A stretch of 63,573 nucleotides of DNA, counting the filler, from Reclinomonas americana ATCC 50394 (taxonomy: Eukaryota): assembly GCA_048213135.1 (NCBI GenBank). It is 17 parts of 17 records of this genome, joined end to end, with 100 filler letters (N's around TTAATTAATTAA, not from the genome) between each part and the next. Parts side by side here need not be neighbours in the genome. Positions count along the whole stretch, not along the records: positions 1 to 10,032 come from AFZH01019846.1; 16 more parts are not named here. The stretch is one strand, 5' to 3'. A program made the position numbers and the translations under genes. Below the pieces are notes generated by a model, which saw nothing but the letters and a program-made list of their open reading frames with translations, was not told the origin of the DNA and searched no databases. Every line of letters begins with the position of its first letter. Positions within the stretch are counted from its first letter, which is position 1. Positions 1-7,130 of the stretch are shown piece by piece.

Positions 1-349
1 CGTGTTTCGTCTCCATTCGATCGACAGGCAGACTGCCTTTCGTCTTGCACACGAGATCAAGGGCGCGGGTTCGCCATGCCCGCGTGCTGGTGTCCAGCAG
101 TTTGAACTCCGAGCTCGCATAGTACTTCTGGCAAAGTTCGCGAAAGCTGCCTTTCTCGACCTTGCCAGGCGCGGAGGACTCGGCCGTCGGCTTACCCGCC
201 AAGGCGTCGCGATACGCGCTCCAAAAGGCATCCGAGCCGTATTCCTGTGTGAGACGGACCTTCGGCTTACCTGGCACGCGAACATACCACCGCACATTTC
301 CGTGCCGGTCGACGTCCTTACTGAGCCGGGGCGGGTTTGGGCGTGGCAT
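1..349 (-). CDS. Tyrosine recombinase/phage integrase, N-terminal part (runs off window start)
   Basis: Manual translation from ATG at 349 (TGATG overlap with the upstream stop): MPRPNPPRLSKDVDRHGNVRWYVRVPGKPKVRLTQEYGSDAFWSAYRDALAG...GSFRELCQKYYASSEFKLLDTSTRAWR, the typical arm-binding/core-binding start of alphaproteobacterial integrases. Catalytic domain not visible. Confidence 0.8.
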   Translation of the reverse strand, partial: MPRPNPPRLSKDVDRHGNVRWYVRVPGKPKVRLTQEYGSDAFWSAYRDALAGKPTAESSAPGKVEKGSFRELCQKYYASSEFKLLDTSTRAWRTRALDLVCKTKGSLPVDRMETKH

Positions 350-600
350 CAGGCGGCGTCATCCCACGGGTTCGCGTCAGACACAGTGTTCCGATACGGC
401 AGGCTGTCAAACGCCGCATCGAGATCCCGAACGTCCCAAATCGTGCGGGTGTTGATGGTGCGCGGGGAGGGGGCCCGGCCCTCCCTCACAAGGTCATCGA
501 ACAGTGAAGGCGAGATGCCGAAATAGAATGCGGCCTGCACCCGCGAAAGCCCGCGCGGCATGAAGCCGTGAGAATGTCGATTGTCATTGGCTGGCTGCAT
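349..600 (-). CDS. AlpA/excisionase-like HTH protein
   Basis: PRGLSRVQAAFYFGISPSLFDDLVREGRAPSPR...WDVRDLDAAFD pattern; coupled directly upstream of the integrase. Confidence 0.8.
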   Translation of the reverse strand: MQPANDNRHSHGFMPRGLSRVQAAFYFGISPSLFDDLVREGRAPSPRTINTRTIWDVRDLDAAFDSLPYRNTVSDANPWDDAA

Positions 601-734
601 TCGGGCTCCACAGAGCGACTCGGAATGCTAAACAATATTCCGAATCCTAATTTGAAAAGTCAAGAGAAATCGACCGGTGCTCCGGTGTCCGCCTCGATTT
701 CCATTACTACTCACCCGGATCACACAATTGATTG

Positions 735-1031
735 TCAAGCAGCGGCTAGCGCCCCGGAGGCAATGCGAAACGCTTTGAAATGCAGTTCGGAGCTGTCTTC
801 CGGATTCAGGACGCCGGTCGCTCTACGCAGGGCTGCGAAAGAGCGCTGGCCGTGTTCCTGAACGTGCTTATCCGCGTGCTCGAGTATGAAATCGAGATGG
901 GCCAGCCTGCCTTCGAACGCCCCGCCCACCTCCTGTGTAAGGCAGCGCAACTGCATCCCCTTGCCGCAGGGCGTGGGCCCATACGTGCTCTCGACGATCT
1001 CAAGAGTCTTGTTAACTGCGTTGGTCGACAT
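735..1031 (-). CDS. Hypothetical protein
   Basis: ORF MSTNAVNKTLE...GALAAA with GGGAG RBS-like motif upstream; divergent from the XRE gene. Confidence 0.55.
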   Translation of the reverse strand: MSTNAVNKTLEIVESTYGPTPCGKGMQLRCLTQEVGGAFEGRLAHLDFILEHADKHVQEHGQRSFAALRRATGVLNPEDSSELHFKAFRIASGALAAA

Positions 1032-1062
1032 GGTTGGCTCCCGTGTTGCGCGTCGGTATGGA

Positions 1063-1118
1063 ATCAACAATAATTATTGATACCACGCCCGCACCGGGCG
1101 TCAACAATAATTGTTGAT
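1063..1118. promoter_or_regulatory. Two palindromic operator-like sites between divergent genes
   Basis: ATCAACAA-TAA-TTATTGAT (1063-1081, one mismatch) and TCAACAA-TAA-TTGTTGA (1101-1117, perfect), immediately upstream of the XRE ATG. Confidence 0.7.
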
Positions 1119-1122
1119 AGAG

Positions 1123-1362
1123 ATGACGCCAGCGCAAACGAAAGCCGCCCGAGCCCTTTTGGATTGGTCGCAGGGAGACCTGGCTGCTGCAGCGGGGTTA
1201 GGGCTCTCTACAATCGTCGATTTCGAAAGGGAGCGTCGCGTCGTGTCGGCGGACGCCGTACGTGCGATCAAATCAGCTTTCCAGGCAGCCGATGTTGAGT
1301 TCATTGACGACGCCCGCGGTGAGGGCGTTGTGAAGTTGAAGCAACAAGCATTTGACAAATAA
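1123..1362 (+). CDS. XRE/HTH_3-family transcriptional regulator
   Basis: MTPAQTKAARALLDWSQGDLAAAAGLGLSTIVDFER...AFQAADVEFI, the classic small alphaproteobacterial XRE. Confidence 0.9.
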   Translation: MTPAQTKAARALLDWSQGDLAAAAGLGLSTIVDFERERRVVSADAVRAIKSAFQAADVEFIDDARGEGVVKLKQQAFDK

Positions 1363-1365
1363 TTG

Positions 1366-1428
1366 TTGCGCCATAGCGATTCCTAATTATAATTGTGAAT
1401 CTGTGGTCGCGATATATACTAAAGTATA
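1366..1428 (+). promoter_or_regulatory. Putative sigma70 promoter plus downstream palindrome
   Basis: TTGCGC (1366-1371)-16 nt-TATAAT (1388-1393); TATACT-AA-AGTATA palindrome at 1415-1428; upstream of the 1495 operon. Confidence 0.45.
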
Positions 1429-1494
1429 GTATAGACGCGTTATGGACTCGGATCTCCGATAGTGACATGACTCTGCCTCCTTCGAGGCGCGTCC

Positions 1495-1854
1495 ATGTCT
1501 GATGATCAAGTCTATCGCCCCATCTTCGTAAGCCGAAAGACCGCAGCGGCGTTGATGGAAATCAGCGTCGACACGTTCGATCAATGGGTTCGCACTGGAT
1601 TCGTGCCTCGGGCGCAGGTCAATCGTGGCCAAATTATCCGATGGCACTGGCCAACTGTTGAGGCGCGGCTGGCCAGCCCTGCCGAGCAACAAGCCCACGA
1701 TCCCAGCATCGTCGGACCGATCACAGATCCCAAGGAATTGGCCCGCATCGCGCGTCACGTCGAACGCCGAGAGGCGAAACGGCTCGCGCGCTCCAAGCTC
1801 TATGAGACCTCTGGCTCGCCCCGGTCACCGCCAGAGGGTGGGGCCAAGCCATGA
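1495..1854 (+). CDS. Excisionase/AlpA-like HTH DNA-binding protein
   Basis: FVSRKTAAALMEISVDTFDQWVRTGFVP...IRWHWPTVEARL winged-HTH pattern; ATGA-coupled to the next gene. Confidence 0.7.
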   Translation: MSDDQVYRPIFVSRKTAAALMEISVDTFDQWVRTGFVPRAQVNRGQIIRWHWPTVEARLASPAEQQAHDPSIVGPITDPKELARIARHVERREAKRLARSKLYETSGSPRSPPEGGAKP

Positions 1855-2156
1855 CCGACGGGCCGCTGGGAAAGATCTACGACCTCGACGAAGCCGCCGC
1901 GTACCTGCGGGTCAGCAAGAGCGCTGTGGCGCGCGCCGCGAGGCGCCATGGCATAGGCGCCAGGTTCGGCCGGGATATCCGCTTCAGCGAAGACGACGTC
2001 CGGCAAATGTGGGACGCCCAGCGAGCGCACCCCGAAACCAGCCTGCAGAATTCCATACCGCTACGAGGGTCAGAGAAGGCATTCGAAAGCCTGATGAAAC
2101 GAGCGCGTGAGCAGCGCGCCGCCAAGCTGCTGGCAAGAGGGAAAAAGCGATCATGA
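1851..2156 (+). CDS. HTH_17 (excisionase-family) protein
   Basis: IYDLDEAAAYLRVSKSAV...ARFGRDIRFSEDDV motif. Confidence 0.8.
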   Translation: MTDGPLGKIYDLDEAAAYLRVSKSAVARAARRHGIGARFGRDIRFSEDDVRQMWDAQRAHPETSLQNSIPLRGSEKAFESLMKRAREQRAAKLLARGKKRS

Positions 2157-2554
2157 ACAAGCCGATTGAGGAACCTGTCGTGGATCACTCTGTCCGCGTC
2201 CGGCTGGTCACCGCTCATCATGGCGGGGTCGTCACGGGTGCCGATGTGTTCAGCCTAGAACACTTCGGCGGCGTCCTGCCAAACGTTGGTGACGTCTTGC
2301 TTTGGATTCGCAACGAAGACGACTACGACGCAAAAGTGGTCCAGCGGCGTTACCGCGTAACCCATCCCGATCTTCGCATGCATTGGACTCTGCCGATGCG
2401 CGATGCGCCGCCAGCGCCCGAGCTCACGGGGATCGTCAGGAACGCTCTGGCCGTATCCGATTACCTCCAAGCGGTAGCAGAAGGGCAGCCGATGGAGGAG
2501 GTGATAATCCTCCTGCGGAAATGCAACGAGGGGTGGGAACGAGCCAGCGCTTGA
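2153..2554 (+). CDS. Hypothetical protein
   Basis: 133-aa ORF, ATGA-coupled to the preceding gene. Confidence 0.55.
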   Translation: MNKPIEEPVVDHSVRVRLVTAHHGGVVTGADVFSLEHFGGVLPNVGDVLLWIRNEDDYDAKVVQRRYRVTHPDLRMHWTLPMRDAPPAPELTGIVRNALAVSDYLQAVAEGQPMEEVIILLRKCNEGWERASA

Positions 2555-2601
2555 CTGCTCGTCTTGGTTGCATGACGCTACGGTAAAGACGGGGGGCTGT
2601 T

Positions 2602-2895
2602 ATGAGATTATTATGCGCCGCCGCGTCAGCTCTCGCGCTCAACGCAACAGCCGCCCGATCCCAGGCTGTGCCACCCTGCATATTGACCCACGAGAAGGTC
2701 GCAAACGTATACCAAGGCTCGGCGCCCGAGAGCATCGAGTATGCGCTTGGCTGCAAATTGCAGAAGAGAAGCAGCTCTGGCTTCGGAACTTACGCATCTA
2801 CAACATATGAGGCGACCGACGCGCGCGGATCCACCTTTACAGCGATTATGAACAGCACCGGCAGGCTACGCGACTATCATTTCTATATGCGCTAA
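2602..2895 (+). CDS. Small secreted hypothetical protein
   Basis: N-terminal signal-peptide-like MRLLCAAASALALNATAARSQA. Confidence 0.5.
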   Translation: MRLLCAAASALALNATAARSQAVPPCILTHEKVANVYQGSAPESIEYALGCKLQKRSSSGFGTYASTTYEATDARGSTFTAIMNSTGRLRDYHFYMR

Positions 2896-2927
2896 CCCCT
2901 ACTCAATACCGGCCACGGCGAGGGTGC

Positions 2928-3440
2928 ATGAAGAAGCTTGCGGTTTGGCTGCTCTGCGGCTTGATGATCATCATGGCGGCGAACGGCTTCTATGTGACCG
3001 GACCGGCGCTTCTCGCCGCACGGGAGGACGCCCGCAACGACCACGTCGTGATGGTCCCACATCTACGCTACGGCGTGGATCCTTCCGTCATCGTCATGGA
3101 CCTTATCAAGATCGATCGTGAGGCGAGCATGGCGGACGTCACCCGCGTCATGCTGCAGATGGCGCACAAGCTGCGTGACCGCACGTTTTCGAGCGCACAT
3201 CTGGCGTACCGAGGCCGGACGCGGTTCGTCCTGTCCGGCGCCGATTTCAAGGTGCTTGGTGAGGAATACGGCCCGCAGAATCCTGTCTACACCATGCGGA
3301 CGCTGCCCGAGAAATTAACGCGGCCCGACGGATCCCGAGCGTTCGATACGTGGACGGGCGGCGTGATTGGCGTGCTTTCCCAGCAGATGGATGATTTCCA
3401 GGCGTTCCATCGCGAGTGGTATTTGAACGAGGGGATTTAG
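2928..3440 (+). CDS. Membrane-anchored/exported hypothetical protein
   Basis: MKK + hydrophobic segment; 170-aa ORF with GAGGG RBS-like motif. Confidence 0.65.
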   Translation: MKKLAVWLLCGLMIIMAANGFYVTGPALLAAREDARNDHVVMVPHLRYGVDPSVIVMDLIKIDREASMADVTRVMLQMAHKLRDRTFSSAHLAYRGRTRFVLSGADFKVLGEEYGPQNPVYTMRTLPEKLTRPDGSRAFDTWTGGVIGVLSQQMDDFQAFHREWYLNEGI

Positions 3441-3601
3441 GGGCGTCGAAGAACTCGCCAAGGCGATCGCGCGGTGGCTGACCTCAAGCCAAGCCCCACC
3501 GTGAACAAAAGGTGTCAATAACTCATCCCATGCGCGCTGTCTGGCTAGACAACACAACCCCTGCGTGATCCGTTTACGCAGCGGTAACAAGGATGGTTTA
3601 A

Positions 3602-3868
3602 ATGGCTGATGTCCATGTAACGTGCATCAACAAGATGCCAAGGAACAACCCCTACGAGGGAATTACGCATCTCGGAAATTCCACCGGAAAGTGGACAAGG
3701 CAGTCAGTAATCGACTGGATCGAGCGGAAAGATCACTCCTTCTACACCTTGGTGCAGGGGAACCGGGGGAACATCGGCGTCGTAGACGGGCCGAATGGGA
3801 AGTATCTACGGACCTATGCCGATGGGAAATGGAATGACAATCTACTTTCGCTCCCAGAGTGTCCGTAG
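3602..3868 (+). CDS. DUF3892-family protein
   Basis: VTCINK..R.NPYEGITHLG...WTRQSVIDWIE....FY...KYLRTYADGKWNDNLLSLPEC matches the family pattern as I recall it. Confidence 0.8.
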   Translation: MADVHVTCINKMPRNNPYEGITHLGNSTGKWTRQSVIDWIERKDHSFYTLVQGNRGNIGVVDGPNGKYLRTYADGKWNDNLLSLPECP

Positions 3869-3913
3869 GATTCAACTACCCGCGAAAGCTGCGCTTCAAT
3901 AGGACACCGAATT

Positions 3914-4621
3914 ATGGCTCAATGCACAGCACCACGAGAAGGCCATCGCTCATCTAGCGCGGCTGCTAGATGCCCAGCCTGCCGTGGCGGTTGGGGTCGC
4001 TCGCGCGGTTACGGGTCGTATTCTCCTCCGTCGTATTCGTATTCATCCTTCTCGTCGTCAGGGAGTAGCGGGTTCGGCAGGGGCAGTAGCGGCGGTTCCA
4101 GCCGAAGTGTGAAGCCGAAATGGTCGCGGGCCGGATCGACGATCCTGTACACACCCGCTGAGGTTCGGGCGCTCACGCCGATCCGGGAGAACGTAGAAAA
4201 GCAAGCTACTCTCGATCTTCGCGACGTCTTCCTCTGTCATGCCTGGGACGATCGCCAAGGCGCAGCCAAACAGCTGCACGATCTACTCGAGGCCGCGGGC
4301 GTGAAGGTCTGGTTCAGCGAGAAAGATGTCGGTCTCGGCGTGCCGTTGATGCGAGCGATTGATAAGGGACTGGCCAATTCGCGGGTGGGGATTGTGCTCG
4401 TTACCCCGGCGCTGTTGCGCCGTCTCCCGGCGGAAGGTATCGCTGACAAGGAGCTGTCGGCGTTACTTGCACGCGATCGGCTCGTACCCATCGTGCACGA
4501 AACCACGTACGAGGCTCTGCGCGATGTGAGCCCGTTGCTAGGTTCTCGAAGCGGATTGAGCACTGCTGAAGAGTCAATGACTGCGATAGCTGCCAAGCTC
4601 GCCGAGCTAGTTGCCGTATAG
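3914..4621 (+). CDS. TIR (TIR_2) domain protein with N-terminal Cys/His motif and Ser/Gly linker
   Basis: DVFLCHAWDD...GVKVWFSE...IDKGLANSRVGIVLVTP...KELSAL (catalytic-position Glu present); N-terminal C-x6-H-x8-C-x2-C. Confidence 0.9.
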   Translation: MAQCTAPREGHRSSSAAARCPACRGGWGRSRGYGSYSPPSYSYSSFSSSGSSGFGRGSSGGSSRSVKPKWSRAGSTILYTPAEVRALTPIRENVEKQATLDLRDVFLCHAWDDRQGAAKQLHDLLEAAGVKVWFSEKDVGLGVPLMRAIDKGLANSRVGIVLVTPALLRRLPAEGIADKELSALLARDRLVPIVHETTYEALRDVSPLLGSRSGLSTAEESMTAIAAKLAELVAV

Positions 4622-4854
4622 CCGCCGCAAGGAAGCCTATTCTGATGGGCCATTGGGAACAGATCGGCGTCGAGAACAAGCGAGCCCGCGAGCTGCTTGC
4701 TGCGCTACCGCCTTGGCGTCGACGCCTCAATAGGTGGGGCGTACCGGTTGCCTTCTGGCTGTTGGTGATCGCCGGGATTGCGTGGTGGGTGACGAGCCGC
4801 CGGTAACCGGGACGTCGAACCCGTAAACCGGCGGCAATCCATGGAGGATAGCGC

Positions 4855-5892
4855 TTAGCGGCGCGCTGCCGTTTCCGGTAGCCGCATGCGCCCTTCGGCA
4901 TAGAACCGGTGAAGGTCGTCCCCGCGACGATAAATTGCCATGGCAATCTTCGCGTATGTGACCATGTGACCCGCGCAAGCGTCTCGTATCGCCGTGGAAT
5001 CGGTGGTGATCATGCGGCTCATCAACTTGTCCGCACGCTCCCTAGCCATGTCAGCGAGGGCTGGAACAGAAAAGTCTCTGTCATCCGATCCGAGTACGCC
5101 GTCCCTGTCTAAAATGCCACGGAGTTCGCGGTAACTATCCTGCATTTCTTGCTTATCGCCTTGGAATATTTCCACAAGTTCGTCGATCTGCTTCAGAGGC
5201 TCGGCCACGCCTTTCACCTCGATCTCGCCGGGGGAGGCATATTTTATTTTAGAAACCTGTAAAGGATAGTCGTCGCTAGAATCGGAAGATATATCCCTGA
5301 AGAAGCCCAGATAGCTTCCTCCGCCCTGCCAAGGGTATTTGGCTATACGATCACCAAGCGCATGTCCCAGAGGCCGCACGTATGATTTTAGGTCTGATAG
5401 ATATGAAAATAAAGCATAAAGATCTGCTAGCTTCGCGTAGAATCGCGAAAAATCTGAGGCTGACCACTTTCCATCGATCTTGTATTCGTGGCGAGTGAGG
5501 GATGTGAGAATTTCTCCACTGAAGGTTTCTGTGTGGTTCCTTGCGAAAAAGCCCTTCCCGGGCAATAAACTGGAATAGTCATCAGTTACAGCTTCAATTG
5601 GCTGCATAAGTACTTCGTCTTCAAGGTCATCCCAATCAAAAATGTATGGCGCCCCAACGCGTGGGTGCGTCATGACGAAATTGAGATCGACTTTTTGATC
5701 AAGGTAATCCTTGAAAATTTTGTCGGTAACTGCTTTTGCAATGTAGGGTTGCACAAAACCATTGACTTCACCTGGAACGGCGTAAGCGAGCAGGTGAGTG
5801 CCCTTCCGGTTCTGGAGGAGCGCCAAGATCGGCTCATCAAAGTGCACGAGAGTTTGAACGTACGCGGCACGGAGTCGGTTGCGGATTTTCAT
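4855..5892 (-). CDS. Hypothetical protein, DUF6575-like N-terminal domain
   Basis: Start MKIRNR at the ATGA overlap with the upstream gene; TLVHFDEPILAL...YL...VDL...LLPGKGFF resembles DUF6575 (from memory); C-terminal IKYASPG motif; AT-richer than host. Confidence 0.6.
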   Translation of the reverse strand: MKIRNRLRAAYVQTLVHFDEPILALLQNRKGTHLLAYAVPGEVNGFVQPYIAKAVTDKIFKDYLDQKVDLNFVMTHPRVGAPYIFDWDDLEDEVLMQPIEAVTDDYSSLLPGKGFFARNHTETFSGEILTSLTRHEYKIDGKWSASDFSRFYAKLADLYALFSYLSDLKSYVRPLGHALGDRIAKYPWQGGGSYLGFFRDISSDSSDDYPLQVSKIKYASPGEIEVKGVAEPLKQIDELVEIFQGDKQEMQDSYRELRGILDRDGVLGSDDRDFSVPALADMARERADKLMSRMITTDSTAIRDACAGHMVTYAKIAMAIYRRGDDLHRFYAEGRMRLPETAARR

Positions 5893-6293
5893 AGTATGCT
5901 CACGACATCTGTCACGGCCATGCCAGGGTCGAACCCGGCGGCCATCCAAAAACTGATGTGAGGCGAGTCAGGTCTGCCCTTGAAGCCAACCCCAGCTGCT
6001 GGATTGATTGTCATGATAGCACCATAAGGCTTATGCCGCAGAAGCCCGAGTGGCTCCGCGAAATCTCGCACGCGAGCTATCGCCCCGCTACCCCATGTCT
6101 CGTCATACTCGATAAGCGAGCACGCGGCCCAGATGCAGGGGTCAACCTTCTTTTTGGGGGTCTTCCCGAGCGCGTTGAAAGAGTGACAAAAAATTTCATC
6201 CACTTCAGGGCCGGCTATTAGCCTTACAAATATCCCTGATAAAGGAGTAGCTGATATCGGCGGGCATTGCTCAGGAAGAGGCTCTTTCGGCAA
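5889..6293 (-). CDS. Small hypothetical protein, possible ADP-ribosyltransferase-like fold
   Basis: LPEQCPP...IFVRLI...WAACSL...HISFW; TTG start; coupled to the downstream gene. Confidence 0.55.
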   Translation of the reverse strand: MPKEPLPEQCPPISATPLSGIFVRLIAGPEVDEIFCHSFNALGKTPKKKVDPCIWAACSLIEYDETWGSGAIARVRDFAEPLGLLRHKPYGAIMTINPAAGVGFKGRPDSPHISFWMAAGFDPGMAVTDVVSIL

Positions 6294-6467
6294 AAAACAC
6301 TAAGGCGTTCCCCCAAACGCTATTTGAACGGAATAACAGCTCGCCTCAAGGTTGCGATTTTTACAAGTGTGCTGCCAGCATCAGCCTGCTTTTTCTGTTC
6401 AACGTGACATGAACACGTCACACACCCTCGCCATTGGCGTGGAGCGCCACACGCAAGAATGGTGTCC

Positions 6468-7130
6468 CTAAGCCGCTTCCCCAAGCACCTCACCAATCCG
6501 GTCGTCCCAACGCCGCACGACCGCCGTTTGGATGCTCTCGCGGGTGATCTTGATCCACTGACAGTGTCCGCCCACGCCAGCCATACCGGGCCCGTGGCCG
6601 GCATTCTGGCCTCGGATGCGGCGTTGAGCCTCCATCGTCTCTACGCCCGCCGACAGTATGTCAGTGGCCGGTTCCATGGCCTCCAGCAGGACGGCAAGCT
6701 CGGAGTTGTATGGCGCAATTGCGACCGGGCCGAGCCGGTGCAAAATCCAGGGTTCAACGTTTGTGTCGTGACTCGCAACAACATATGCCTCGGGCCGGTT
6801 CCGCGCGATGGAGAACCCCGCGACAAAGAGGTCAAAGTCGGCGCCGATCTGGCAGAATTGGAGCGTATCGACCTCGCGCTCGGAAACCTCTCGCGCAAGA
6901 TCCACAATGCCTTCGACAAGTTCGTCGAACGTCTCGAATTTGCGCCCGATCTCCGGGCCGAGCATATCCATCAGCAGTGTTGGGCCGCGAGAACACGCAA
7001 CCGCGTTGAGATGAGGATAGAGCTGCCCCTTGCTTGAGATTGCACCTAGCGTACCGTCGCCGAGGTAATGGGCGCCGTCACAAAAGACATGAATGGCATC
7101 GGTCTCAGTGATGATGTTCACGGCGGTCAT
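6468..7130 (-). CDS. Proteasome-beta/HslV-like Ntn-hydrolase-fold protein
   Basis: After Met removal: Thr1, Asp17, Lys33, Gly48; C-terminal GVGGHCQWIKIT strand; ATGA overlap with the tape-measure stop. Confidence 0.6.
   Translation of the reverse strand: MTAVNIITETDAIHVFCDGAHYLGDGTLGAISSKGQLYPHLNAVACSRGPTLLMDMLGPEIGRKFETFDELVEGIVDLAREVSEREVDTLQFCQIGADFDLFVAGFSIARNRPEAYVVASHDTNVEPWILHRLGPVAIAPYNSELAVLLEAMEPATDILSAGVETMEAQRRIRGQNAGHGPGMAGVGGHCQWIKITRESIQTAVVRRWDDRIGEVLGEAA

Noticed and set aside
3914..4621. Thoeris or CBASS assignment for the TIR gene
   Set aside because: No ThsA-like effector, nucleotide cyclase or Argonaute nearby
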